A stretch of DNA of 64,000 bases from a virus (lineage: Duplodnaviria > Caudoviricetes). The first letter of the stretch is position 1. Every line of letters begins with the position of its first letter. The notes beneath the pieces were generated by a model, which saw only the letters and a program-made list of their open reading frames with translations, was not told the origin of the DNA and did no database searches. Location of the stretch: positions 3,226 to 67,225 of IMG/VR virus record IMGVR_UViG_3300031867_000044, one strand, 5' to 3'. A program made the translations under genes and the position numbers. Positions 45,702 through 54,951 of the stretch are shown here, piece by piece.

Positions 45702-45935
45702 ATGGGATGCCTGTCACTGACATACAAGGTAGATGCTGGCGACCTGAGAGTCAACGGACGGCTTGACTGCGGCGATTTGCAGCTCAACGGGCGTGTGGAT
45801 GCTGGCAACCTGACAGTTACCGCCACGCTGGTATGTGAGGTATCTATCGGCGAGAACGGTGAAGAGATGTGGTGGTGCGGCAACTGGCGCGTGACATGGA
45901 ACAATGGTTTACCGACATTATGGAGGAGGAGTTAA
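45702..45935 (+). CDS. hypothetical protein with internal repeats
   Basis: (V/L)DAGDLxxNGR repeated three times. Confidence 0.65.
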   Translation: MGCLSLTYKVDAGDLRVNGRLDCGDLQLNGRVDAGNLTVTATLVCEVSIGENGEEMWWCGNWRVTWNNGLPTLWRRS

Positions 45936-45938
45936 GAT

Positions 45939-46142
45939 ATGGCGAAAGGAACAGCAATAGGTGACGTTGAGAATATCCTGCAAAGCGAGGATATTACCGG
46001 GCAGGAGAAGATACCTGCCATGAGCAAAGGCGACGAGGAACCACAAGTGGTGACCACGGAGGAGCTGAAAGAGTATGTGCTTGGCGACATGGAGATACAG
46101 GTGATGAGTAACCTGGATATAGACAGAATTTGTACAATTTAA
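45939..46142 (+). CDS. short fibre-associated protein
   Basis: C-terminal SNLDIDRICTI. Confidence 0.6.
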   Translation: MAKGTAIGDVENILQSEDITGQEKIPAMSKGDEEPQVVTTEELKEYVLGDMEIQVMSNLDIDRICTI

Positions 46143-46157
46143 AAAACATAGAGAGAC

Positions 46158-46877
46158 ATGGCAACGGAAAAGAAGTTAATGGATGAGAATGGACTGGCGC
46201 ACTTGTGGCCTAGGATAAAAACATTGTTTGCGTCGATGTTCAAGTGGGATAATCTTGCTGACAAGCCCACTATCGGCGATGGCACGCTGTCGGTATCGCT
46301 GAATGGCGGTGCTGCAAAGACATTTACAGCCAACCAGACTGGGAACACAACGATTGAGCTGCAAGAGAGCGACCCTGTATTCGCGCAATCCCCTGCGCAC
46401 GGTATTACATCGAGCGACATCACCGCTTGGGATAACAAATACAATAAGCCATCGACGGGAATACCTAAGAGCGACCTCGCCAGCGGCGTACAGACGATTC
46501 TCGACAACACATCGGCCATCACGGGCGTAGACTCATCTATCGCATCGGGTTCTGCATCGACGAATGTGCCCACAAGTGCCGCGGTGGAGGCAAGAATATC
46601 GGAGGTGGTAAGCGCATCGCAGATTGGTGCTGCCATGTTTAAAGGGACAATAAGCTCTGACGCGGAGTTGTCGGGTCTTACGGGATATAAAGCAGGATGG
46701 TACTGGCTGGTAGATACGGAAGGTACTTATGCCGGTCAGCAATGCGAGGCTGGTGACTTCATCTATGCCATCGAGGACTATGCCTCGTCGTATAAGGCAA
46801 GCGACTTCAAGGTGGTGCAGGCTAACATCAGGCCGCTGACCAATGCCGAGATAGACGCTATTTGTACAATCGAATAA
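46158..46877 (+). CDS. fibre segment protein
   Basis: DENGLAHLWPRIK...VPTSAAV...TNAEIDAICTIE. Confidence 0.7.
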   Translation: MATEKKLMDENGLAHLWPRIKTLFASMFKWDNLADKPTIGDGTLSVSLNGGAAKTFTANQTGNTTIELQESDPVFAQSPAHGITSSDITAWDNKYNKPSTGIPKSDLASGVQTILDNTSAITGVDSSIASGSASTNVPTSAAVEARISEVVSASQIGAAMFKGTISSDAELSGLTGYKAGWYWLVDTEGTYAGQQCEAGDFIYAIEDYASSYKASDFKVVQANIRPLTNAEIDAICTIE

Positions 46878-46890
46878 AAAGACGTGAGCT

Positions 46891-47352
46891 ATGGGGTATG
46901 TTGACGAGACCAGGCTAAGCAGGGTCTGGGAAAAGATAAGGACGTGGTTCGCTACGAAGGCTGATGCCGCCTCCGTCTATACCAAGGCGGAGGTGGATGG
47001 CATCTTGGAGGACATGGTGTACCTCAGTGATGATGACGGGCAGGCCACAACTGCTGACTTCGACCCACAGAATGACACGGTGTGGAACACACCGCAGGTG
47101 CTTGGTGCTTCCCAGCAGGCGCAGGCTAGGAGCAACATCGGGGCACAGGAGGCTCTTGTCAGTGGCACAAACATCAAGACTATCAACGGGGAGAGCATTC
47201 TTGGCGGGGGTAATATCACTATCAGTGGTGGCAGTGGTGGAGGTGGCAATGTCAGCTCTACTACCATCAATACGCTTGTCAGTATCTCTGAGGCAGATTA
47301 TGAGGCATTAGCCACAAAGGACAGTTCAACGCTTTACATTGTAACAGAATGA
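46891..47352 (+). CDS. fibre segment protein
   Basis: QQAQARSNIGA, NIKTINGESILG, YEALATKDSSTLYIV motifs. Confidence 0.7.
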   Translation: MGYVDETRLSRVWEKIRTWFATKADAASVYTKAEVDGILEDMVYLSDDDGQATTADFDPQNDTVWNTPQVLGASQQAQARSNIGAQEALVSGTNIKTINGESILGGGNITISGGSGGGGNVSSTTINTLVSISEADYEALATKDSSTLYIVTE

Positions 47353-48047
47353 TTACACTGGACAATGAAATGACAAAAGCCTTTCTTGGCTCAACCGAGG
47401 TGAAGAAGATTTGCCTTGGTAGTGAGCAGGTGTGGCCAGTATCTACACCCTCAAGACTACCTGTTGGCTATAATGAGATTGAATATATAAGTTCCAATGG
47501 TGCACAATTCATTGATTTAGGCTTTACTCAAAAATCCAGGAATTTTATTTTTGAGATGAAGTTTAGATGGACAGGGACTAATGACGGGCTTTTTGAGACC
47601 TTTATTGGCTATATGGCAGAGTCAGGAACAATACCTCGATTTGGTTTTCATAAGTATCAAGGTAAGTGGATGTATGGAACTAATGCAACTAACATATCCA
47701 GTATTGCTGTCGACCATGACATACATACAGTAAGAATAGAGGGTAAGGCGTCTAGCAACAAAGAGTCTTTTTATTTGGATGATGTCTTAATATCTACCAC
47801 TTCAACATCATCTACAGGGCTTAGCGGTAACACTATTCCAATGTATCTATTTGCCAGAAACAGAGTCAGCAGCAAAGATAATCCATCGTCTGTCGATGTA
47901 TATAGTGCTAAATATACTGTTTATGATAGCTCAACATACACCAATATTTTACATGACTATGATTTTGTACCTTGTACGGATTCAAATGGGAATTATGGTG
48001 TTTATGATATTATCAACAACGTTTTTTGTGGAGTTCAAACAATATAA
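47349..48047 (+). CDS. lectin-like/ConA-type adhesin
   Basis: LPVGYNEIEYISSNGAQFIDLG...DFVPC...GVYDII; AT-rich. Confidence 0.65.
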   Translation: MITLDNEMTKAFLGSTEVKKICLGSEQVWPVSTPSRLPVGYNEIEYISSNGAQFIDLGFTQKSRNFIFEMKFRWTGTNDGLFETFIGYMAESGTIPRFGFHKYQGKWMYGTNATNISSIAVDHDIHTVRIEGKASSNKESFYLDDVLISTTSTSSTGLSGNTIPMYLFARNRVSSKDNPSSVDVYSAKYTVYDSSTYTNILHDYDFVPCTDSNGNYGVYDIINNVFCGVQTI

Positions 48048-48058
48048 CAATAAAGATT

Positions 48059-49975
48059 ATGACACAGATAAAGAAAGTAAAGACATCAGAGGGTGTGCAG
48101 TTCTATCCTCAGACTCACACGAAGGCTGTGATAGATGACAATGGCTATACTGCTGAGAGTAGGCTGCAAGCCATGCAGGATGAGATAAACCAAAAGCAGT
48201 TGGAAGTAGGGGCTGTACCAAGTGATTTGACACCAACAAAGGATAGCAGTAATTGGGTGACAAGTAATGGGGTATATTTGCATGAACCATTAATGAAGAC
48301 TATAGTGCAGATTGATAGTTCCAAAATGGAGTCTTTCTCATTTTTCGTAAATAGTGGCGGTAAATGGGAATCTGGTGGTGGTAGTATTGTAATCCCTTGT
48401 ACGGAAGGTGATGAATTTAGGTTAACTTTGACATCTTCAAGTAATGGTAATTGGCAAACTTGGCTTAATAGTTCTTACACATCTCCTTCATCTGGCGCTA
48501 ATGTACCTTTTGTCTCTGGATATAGTAGAATATGGACATCCCCATCAGAAGTTGTACTGACTGCGCCTAAAGGTGCATGCTACCTATTACTGGGTACATT
48601 GACAGGAGACAGAAAGACGGGAAAATGGGTTGGAGACGCTACTGTAGTAACAAAAATATCTGATGTGGTTAACACCAAAACTACTTCAGAATATGTTCAA
48701 AATGTAAAAACAGAAATTGAAAAAGATATTGAAAAGTCAAAATATCACATGACTGAATTTTCTGATGTATGGAGTACAACAAATGCCTCTATAATATCTT
48801 ATGAAAAGGATGGGGAAGATGCCGTTATAACTGTAACATCTAAAACGGCACTACAACGGTGTGGATTTAGTATTGCTGATGTAAAAGTAGGTGAAAAGAT
48901 ATATGTCGATTTTTCATCTAATATTGGCATCCCATTTGGTGTTGGGGAGACACTTAGTAGTACTTGGGTATGGTTAAATGACCAAAGTTATAAAAGTTCA
49001 TTCTATTTCACTAAAACTTCTTCTACACAAAAGTATATTTACATAGCGGCGAATAGTTTTGATGTTGGAACTGTTATCAGATTAGTAGGCTTTAAAGTCT
49101 ATAAATCTATAGGATTCCAAGAATTGGACACAAGAATGACAAAACTTGAAAGCTATGATTTTTATCCGAGTTCATATATTCCTATTAAAGAAAACTATGA
49201 AAGATATATGAGCATTTCTGGCACCCAAGGTTCTACTATATATGGCAACTACTTTGTGCAAGGTTTCTCAGAAAATGCAAAAATCAGCATTTATAATTTG
49301 GAAACAAAGACAAAGGTGCAAGATGTAACATTGCCTACTTTCGGTAATACAAGATTCCACGCTAACACTATTTCTTTTAGTGGTACGAAGTATGACAGTG
49401 GTGACGATTTCCCACTGCTTTACATTTGCGCTGGATATGTAAACACAAACAATCCCACCATAAGTGAAGTTTATGTGGTGAGAATCGTGGGTACAAGTGG
49501 TGAATATACTTCTGAATTAGTTCAAACCATCAATCTTGCATTTAGTACATGGACTGAATTTGTATGCGACCCTGTAAGAAACAGAGCATGGATTAATGGT
49601 AGTGGTATTGCAAGATATATATGTGTGACTATTCCAGACATCACTGAATCAGAGGTCACAATAGATACAAATACAGCTATTATAGATAAGTTTGACACTA
49701 AATCTTTTGTTCTTGGAACTACAACAAAATCAAGTGGTCAGGGAAGATTTTTCTATCATAATAGAGTGTATTATGTTAGCGGGGTTCCAAGTTATGCAGG
49801 AGAAGGTGTGGAAGCCTTGTATGTAGTGGTTGACAATGTTCTTACACACTGCACCGAAGCTGTTGTCCCTCTAATGAACTTTGGCTTAACAGGAGAGCCA
49901 GAAGGATGCTTTATCTGGAAAGATGAGTTCTATGTGGCTTATAGAGGTTCTATAGTTAAATTAATACAGAATTAA
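48059..49975 (+). CDS. large receptor-binding or depolymerase-like protein with a beta-propeller-like C-terminus
   Basis: FYPQTHTKAV N-terminus; QGSTIYG...HANTISF...GEPEG; AT-rich; start reassigned to 48059. Confidence 0.65.
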   Translation: MTQIKKVKTSEGVQFYPQTHTKAVIDDNGYTAESRLQAMQDEINQKQLEVGAVPSDLTPTKDSSNWVTSNGVYLHEPLMKTIVQIDSSKMESFSFFVNSGGKWESGGGSIVIPCTEGDEFRLTLTSSSNGNWQTWLNSSYTSPSSGANVPFVSGYSRIWTSPSEVVLTAPKGACYLLLGTLTGDRKTGKWVGDATVVTKISDVVNTKTTSEYVQNVKTEIEKDIEKSKYHMTEFSDVWSTTNASIISYEKDGEDAVITVTSKTALQRCGFSIADVKVGEKIYVDFSSNIGIPFGVGETLSSTWVWLNDQSYKSSFYFTKTSSTQKYIYIAANSFDVGTVIRLVGFKVYKSIGFQELDTRMTKLESYDFYPSSYIPIKENYERYMSISGTQGSTIYGNYFVQGFSENAKISIYNLETKTKVQDVTLPTFGNTRFHANTISFSGTKYDSGDDFPLLYICAGYVNTNNPTISEVYVVRIVGTSGEYTSELVQTINLAFSTWTEFVCDPVRNRAWINGSGIARYICVTIPDITESEVTIDTNTAIIDKFDTKSFVLGTTTKSSGQGRFFYHNRVYYVSGVPSYAGEGVEALYVVVDNVLTHCTEAVVPLMNFGLTGEPEGCFIWKDEFYVAYRGSIVKLIQN

Positions 49976-50057
49976 CAACTAAAATATATACTACAATGAA
50001 TTTATATCAAAAAATAAAAAGTTTGTTGGCAAAACCAAATATTTAATAATACAGCTT

Positions 50058-50330
50058 ATGAAACAGTTTCTAGAAAATTTTTTGAAAGGCCATCTAGTGT
50101 GGCTGTTTGGCAGCATATTTGCTGCATTTGTTCTTTGCTTCATCAGCAAGGACATGCCTAATGAGACCGCCGCAGGGTGGTTTGTGTGTGGCTTGGGTTC
50201 GCTGGCAGCTTACTGTCTGCAGGCATGGTATCACAACGAATACAAAACGGATCGGTTCGACTGGTTCAACTTCGGGCTGGCGTTCGTGGTGTTCGTGTTC
50301 GCAGGTGTAATCAGGGCATTCGCCGAGTAG
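50058..50330 (+). CDS. multi-TM membrane protein
   Basis: 90 aa with three hydrophobic segments. Confidence 0.65.
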   Translation: MKQFLENFLKGHLVWLFGSIFAAFVLCFISKDMPNETAAGWFVCGLGSLAAYCLQAWYHNEYKTDRFDWFNFGLAFVVFVFAGVIRAFAE

Positions 50331-50339
50331 TAGTAAAAG

Positions 50340-50990
50340 ATGGACGGTATCACAACAACGACGGCAGGGAAAGGCGCAGTGGTGTGGGCAGTGATTGTGA
50401 ACGAGATAACAGCCGTGCTGTTCGACTTACGGTGGATGATCGTAGCCTGCGCTTTCCTCATCTACATGGACTACCATTTTGGTTGTGCGGAAAGCAGGAA
50501 GCGGCACAAAGAGGCTCTGGAGAATGGGAATCTCATATTAGCCAAGCTGTATGAGTTCCGATGGTCAAGGGCTGTCAGACGGTCGCTCAACAAGAGTGTC
50601 GATTATTTAACCTTGTTGCTGGCTGGCACGCTACTGGGATTGTCTGTCTGCGAGCCGTGGGGCATCTGTTCGCACGTGATAACGGCTGCGGCTGCGGTGC
50701 TTTTGGCGTGTGCGGTAGAGATAGTTTCGGCGGTCGGCCATTTCTTCTATCTTCGGGGTATTAAAGTCCCGAAGGTGAAAGTGACATGGAAGAGCTTTTT
50801 CGTGTTTCTAGGACGGTTTGCAGCTGGGTTCGCACGGACAAAAGACGAGGACTTGGGCAATGCGCTGGACGAGACGATAGAGCAGACACTGAGAGACGAT
50901 GGAAAGGATAAGGAGCGGCACAACCGCTCCATGCAAGAAAATGACAGGACGCAAGACAAGGACAGCAACGACAAGGAGGAGCAAGGATGA
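50340..50990 (+). CDS. holin (family 4-like)
   Basis: DLRWMI...D..FG...SRAVRRSLNKSVDY; the C-terminal extension contains hairpin repeat copy 9 (50912-50941). Confidence 0.75.
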   Translation: MDGITTTTAGKGAVVWAVIVNEITAVLFDLRWMIVACAFLIYMDYHFGCAESRKRHKEALENGNLILAKLYEFRWSRAVRRSLNKSVDYLTLLLAGTLLGLSVCEPWGICSHVITAAAAVLLACAVEIVSAVGHFFYLRGIKVPKVKVTWKSFFVFLGRFAAGFARTKDEDLGNALDETIEQTLRDDGKDKERHNRSMQENDRTQDKDSNDKEEQG

Positions 50991-51517
50991 AGATAACGAA
51001 AGTGCAACTGCTGAGAGCAGTGCCGACGCTTAACAAGTTTCGGCTGGAGGAGTTTGTGGAGACGTTTAATCAATACGCTGACACGTTCGGGATAAATACT
51101 CCATTGAGAGCTGTGCACTACTTGGCACAGGTGTTTCATGAGAGCGGAAGCCTGCGATACGTGGAGGAGATTGCCAGTGGGCGACAGTATGAGGGACGCA
51201 AAGACCTTGGCAACACAAGGAAAGGTGACGGAGTGCGATTTAAGGGACGTGGCTATCTTCAAATTACCGGCCGTGCCAACTATCAGGCTTATGCCAACAG
51301 CGGCTATTGCGTAGGTGACCTGATGCGCCATCCCGAGTGGCTTTGCAAGGCTCCTGGGAACCAGAAAGCCTCGATGTGGTTCTGGAAGACCAACGGACTG
51401 AATGAGCTGGCCGACAAGGACGACATCAACGCTGTGACGCGCAGGGTGAATGGAGGTCTGAACGGGATTGTTTCACGAAAATATTACTATCAACGGTTTA
51501 AAGACGTACTGCTATGA
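50987..51517 (+). CDS. GH19 (chitinase-class) endolysin
   Basis: LAQVFHESG, FKGRGYLQITGRANY, VTRRVNGGLNG. Confidence 0.92.
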   Translation: MKITKVQLLRAVPTLNKFRLEEFVETFNQYADTFGINTPLRAVHYLAQVFHESGSLRYVEEIASGRQYEGRKDLGNTRKGDGVRFKGRGYLQITGRANYQAYANSGYCVGDLMRHPEWLCKAPGNQKASMWFWKTNGLNELADKDDINAVTRRVNGGLNGIVSRKYYYQRFKDVLL

Positions 51518-51801
51518 AGAGAGAAAAATGGGATAAGATAGTGGAATGGCTGGTTGCCTTCGGTGTTGACAAGTGGATGCACATTGTCATCATTATGGTG
51601 CTGGCATGGGTGGCATCGCTGGTATTGCTGCCATTCGGACTGCATCGGGCCGTGAGGGGGCTTTTCGGGGTGATGGCAGGTATAGTGTTCAGCATTCTGA
51701 AAGAGGTGTATGACGAGAAAACGACAGGGATATTCGACAACAGGGACTTGGCTGCTGATGCTATCGGCTTGGCCTTGTTCTACGCAATGTACACGCTATG
51801 A
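51514..51801 (+). CDS. membrane protein (DKxxH...KE..D type)
   Basis: GVDKWMH...LKEVYD...DLAAD. Confidence 0.7.
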   Translation: MKREKWDKIVEWLVAFGVDKWMHIVIIMVLAWVASLVLLPFGLHRAVRGLFGVMAGIVFSILKEVYDEKTTGIFDNRDLAADAIGLALFYAMYTL

Positions 51802-52433
51802 GGAAATGGATTGAGACGTGGTGGCCGTTGGTGCTCTGCATCGCGTTTTGGGCGGTGGTGGCCTTTCTGCTCTACTCTTTTCGGACTGGCTTGCAGAAGG
51901 AGAATGAGCAACTGAGACAGGAGCTTGCTCTAGCACAACAGTACGTGCCGCTGAAACGTGACACCATACATGATACTGTAGAGGTGGTGACGCAGAAGGT
52001 GGTAGAGGTGGAGAAGATTAAGGAGGTGCTGACACCTGATGACCGACTGCTGCTGAAAGAGCTTGGCATGAAGGTGAAGGAACTGGAGAGCCTGCAGAAG
52101 ACATCCGTTGTGACTAGGGACACCGTGGTTCTTGCAGCGGCACAACCGCTGCCTGCTGAGAAAGACGGACAGGCGGACAAAAACGGCGGACAGACGGACA
52201 ACAAAGACAGCGTGCTGACGTATAAGGATGCTTGGACGGACTTTACATATTATGTGGAGACGGGGAAGCTGGCATACGCGGTGAAAGACTCGCTGGCCAT
52301 CGCTGTGAAGCAGGAATATAAGCACAGGTTTCTGTGGTGGAAGTGGGGGACGAAAGGCTACGAGGTGAAGGTGGCGAACTTCAACCCTCATGCAAGCGTG
52401 AGGTATAACACCTTCGTGAAGCGACGACGATGA
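51798..52433 (+). CDS. spanin-like protein (DUF6549-like)
   Basis: N-terminal TM, coiled coil and beta-rich C-terminus; contains hairpin repeat copy 10 (52134-52164). Confidence 0.65.
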   Translation: MRKWIETWWPLVLCIAFWAVVAFLLYSFRTGLQKENEQLRQELALAQQYVPLKRDTIHDTVEVVTQKVVEVEKIKEVLTPDDRLLLKELGMKVKELESLQKTSVVTRDTVVLAAAQPLPAEKDGQADKNGGQTDNKDSVLTYKDAWTDFTYYVETGKLAYAVKDSLAIAVKQEYKHRFLWWKWGTKGYEVKVANFNPHASVRYNTFVKRRR

Positions 52434-52443
52434 ATGGATGTTG

Positions 52444-52471
52444 GTTGTGGTACAACCACATACAGGACTGA
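52444..52471 (+). repeat. hairpin repeat family, copy 11
   Basis: GTTGTGG-TACAA-CCACATA-CAGGACTGA, similar to copy 5. Confidence 0.6.
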
Positions 52472-52622
52472 CGAAGATTGACGCTAACAGGCTGTTGGGA
52501 AACAGCGGCATACGATAATGGATTTTTTGTTTTCATGTTTTTAGTTTTAGGATGTGTTAGTTAGTATTAGTGTGTTTTTTCATAGTTTGATTATTAAGGT
52601 TTGATTGTAAGCGTACAAGATA

Positions 52623-52652
52623 AAACAGCCCATCTGCGAAGACAGGCTGTTT
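52623..52652. terminator. hairpin terminator
   Basis: AAACAGCC...GGCTGTTT. Confidence 0.5.
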
Positions 52653-52673
52653 CAATATCTTAGGGGTGAATAT

Positions 52674-52787
52674 TCAAAAAGAATCCCCCGACAAAATAAT
52701 AAAAAGTACCACCAATTTATTATAGACTTGCCTACATACAAGCAGCCGCCGGGGGAGTATTTTCCCAGGCTGCCAGTATGTAGGCAT
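52674..52787 (-). CDS. 37-aa peptide within a long nested hairpin (type I toxin-like)
   Basis: MPTYWQPGKILPRRLLVCRQVYNKLVVLFIILSGDSF; promoter TACCTTTG at 52820-52813. Confidence 0.45.
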   Translation of the reverse strand: MPTYWQPGKILPRRLLVCRQVYNKLVVLFIILSGDSF

Positions 52788-52854
52788 TGTCGTTTTGTTG
52801 GTGGTACAGGGGCAAAGGTAAGAATTATTGTTGGAACGACAAAATTTTTTGCAA

Positions 52855-53082
52855 ATGAAAATAGTTGAAGCGTTAAAAATGGGAGCTGAATTGTTAAAGT
52901 TCATGTCACGTAATGACATTTACCTTGACGACTGGAAATATATTGATGCTTACGAGCAATTCTGCAGGATGAGGGAGCTGGGCGTGAAATATGACAATGC
53001 CATTGACGAGCTTGCCAAGAACGGGAAGGTAGGCAGAAGGACGCTGCAACGGGCATTCAAGAGGCTTGGAAGGAATTGTTAA
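52855..53082 (+). CDS. small HTH protein
   Basis: MKIVEALK...AIDELAKNGKVGRRTLQRAFKRL. Confidence 0.7.
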   Translation: MKIVEALKMGAELLKFMSRNDIYLDDWKYIDAYEQFCRMRELGVKYDNAIDELAKNGKVGRRTLQRAFKRLGRNC

Positions 53083-53145
53083 AAGGTGCCATCGCGTGAC
53101 ACTTGAAATGTGGTGACGACGGGACGGGGAAGGATGATTTCTGCT

Positions 53146-53277
53146 TAACTTTGTTGCTGTCGATGCGCAGAGACGATGGTGGCCGTGCTACGGCCGCAGA
53201 CAGAACAACTTTATTAACTTTATGAAATTACGATTATGGCAGAAATTTATTCTGCTAAAACTAATATTTTCAAATAA
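53146..53277 (+). pseudogene. promoter, leader and decapitated gene (MAEIY...)
   Basis: TAACTTTG at 53146-53; leader hairpin; ATG 53236 reaches a stop after 13 codons in AT-rich DNA. Confidence 0.4.
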
Positions 53278-53330
53278 AATTCTTTGTTTTTTTTATTTTT
53301 ATTTTGTATCTTTGTTTCAAAATAAGTGAT

Positions 53331-54242
53331 ATGTATAATACAGAGAAATTTATCCAAAAAGCAAGGCTTATTCATGGTGAGAAGTACGACTATTCAAAGG
53401 TAGTATATGCAGGATCAACAACAGACGTGTGTATAATATGTCCTACTCATGGTGAGTTTTGGCAAAGACCAGTTGAGCATATAAGAGGAAAAGGCTGCGT
53501 TAAATGTGGTCAAGTATTATGTGGCGCGAAACAGAAACAAAAAGCAAAAGAGAACTTTGTAGAAAGATGTAAGAAGATACATGGAGACAAATACACTTAC
53601 GAAAAAGCTAAATACAAAGATTCGCACTCAAATGTTATAGTCACTTGTAAACAACATGGTGACTTTGAAATTAAACCATACAACATATTAAACGGAAGAG
53701 GCTGTCCTAAATGTAAAATAGATAATTTGCATAAGGCATTTTCAAAAAGTACGTCGAAGTTTGTAGAAGAAGCAAGACGTATTCATGGCGATTTGTATGA
53801 TTACAGTATGTGTGAATATTATAATACCCATACAGAAGTTACAGTAATATGCCGTGAACATGGTGCTTTTAAAGTTAAAGCCGGTGCACATCTTCAAGGC
53901 TGTGGTTGTCCTCTGTGTAACGAACCGCTTGGCGAAAAAAGAATCAGGTTGTATCTAGAAAAGCATGGTGTTTCATTTATCGGACAATATTCCGTAAATC
54001 ACAATGCCCATAATTATAGAGTTGATTTTTTTGTCCCATCAAAAAATATTATTATAGAATATAATGGAGAACAGCATTACAGACCAATAAAGCAATTTGG
54101 TGGTGCAAAAAAGTTTCACGAACAAAAACAAAGAGATAATAACATTAGGGATTATTGCAAAGATAATCATATAAAATTATTTGAAATTTCGTATTTGCAA
54201 TACCAAATAATAGAGCAATTACTTGATGCCGTTTTTCTCTAA
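53331..54242 (+). CDS. free-standing endonuclease with Zn-ribbon repeats (DUF723-like) and a C-terminal PD-(D/E)xK/Vsr-like domain
   Basis: Three KYDYSKVVY...CPTHG.F...GC.KC repeats; YRVDFF...IIIEYNGEQHY; own promoter (TTTG 53283, TATCTTTG 53307). Confidence 0.8.
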   Translation: MYNTEKFIQKARLIHGEKYDYSKVVYAGSTTDVCIICPTHGEFWQRPVEHIRGKGCVKCGQVLCGAKQKQKAKENFVERCKKIHGDKYTYEKAKYKDSHSNVIVTCKQHGDFEIKPYNILNGRGCPKCKIDNLHKAFSKSTSKFVEEARRIHGDLYDYSMCEYYNTHTEVTVICREHGAFKVKAGAHLQGCGCPLCNEPLGEKRIRLYLEKHGVSFIGQYSVNHNAHNYRVDFFVPSKNIIIEYNGEQHYRPIKQFGGAKKFHEQKQRDNNIRDYCKDNHIKLFEISYLQYQIIEQLLDAVFL

Positions 54243-54244
54243 AA

Positions 54245-54511
54245 TACGATGTGGCATTCTCACAGCCTAACACCGGTTACACCTATACGGACTACGACGG
54301 TCATTACACGCTGATGTTCATCAGCAAGGCAACGTCGTATGCACAGATGTACGACACGCTGACGCATGAGCAGAAGCATGTCGTGGAGCACATCAGCAAC
54401 TACTATGGTGTTGACCCGAAGAGCGAGGAGGCGGCTTATCTTGCCGGTGAGATAGGCAGGCTGATATTTCCTGCCGCCGCCTTGGTGCTTTGCCGGAACA
54501 ATGACGAATGA
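54245..54511 (+). pseudogene. C-terminal fragment of an HExxH protein
   Basis: THEQKHVVEH...EEAAYLAG; no ATG start; GC content rises abruptly at the junction. Confidence 0.5.
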
Positions 54512-54521
54512 ATGACGGCCT

Positions 54522-54734
54522 ATGACCATGAAGATGACTCCTATAGACGGTTGCGTGAATCTCCTGGAGATAGGGGATGTGGGCTTTAGTGACCTTGAAT
54601 CTGTCAGCGCGTGGATGTTCGCTTGCGACATGAACACATGCGAGCGTCGTGACGGCTGCAAGGAGCTCATGAGCATAGGTCGTTATTCATTCAGCAACAT
54701 AGAGCACAGGGTGACGGTGCGGATGACACGGTGA
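54522..54734 (+). CDS. hypothetical protein
   Basis: Last rightward ORF before the convergence point. Confidence 0.5.
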   Translation: MTMKMTPIDGCVNLLEIGDVGFSDLESVSAWMFACDMNTCERRDGCKELMSIGRYSFSNIEHRVTVRMTR

Positions 54735-54738
54735 GATG

Positions 54739-54951
54739 TCACTCACCGGCGACGAGTTCGAAGCGTCCTCGCTGTGACGACTTGAAGAAGGGGCAGACGC
54801 TATCTTCCTTTGTTGAGATGCGCCTACGCATGCACCACCCTGTGCGTTTCTTATAGTCGTGTGTGGTGAGGAAGTTGGAGCGTGAGAAGCTGCGGCAGTT
54901 CTCGCATGCCTCCAGATCGGGGTTACGTGGTTTGCGTGGCATTGTTGTCAT
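54739..54951 (-). CDS. Cys-rich hypothetical protein
   Basis: CENC...C...CPFF. Confidence 0.55.
   Translation of the reverse strand: MTTMPRKPRNPDLEACENCRSFSRSNFLTTHDYKKRTGWCMRRRISTKEDSVCPFFKSSQRGRFELVAGE

Noticed and set aside
38369-49975. Diversity-generating retroelement targeting the tail proteins
   Set aside because: No reverse transcriptase and no TR/VR repeat pair differing at adenines was seen in the window; one could still lie outside it.
53178-53200. GGCCGT-GCT-ACGGCC hairpin as a member of the repeat family
   Set aside because: It has a different loop and tail and is better explained as a 5' leader hairpin of the decapitated gene.
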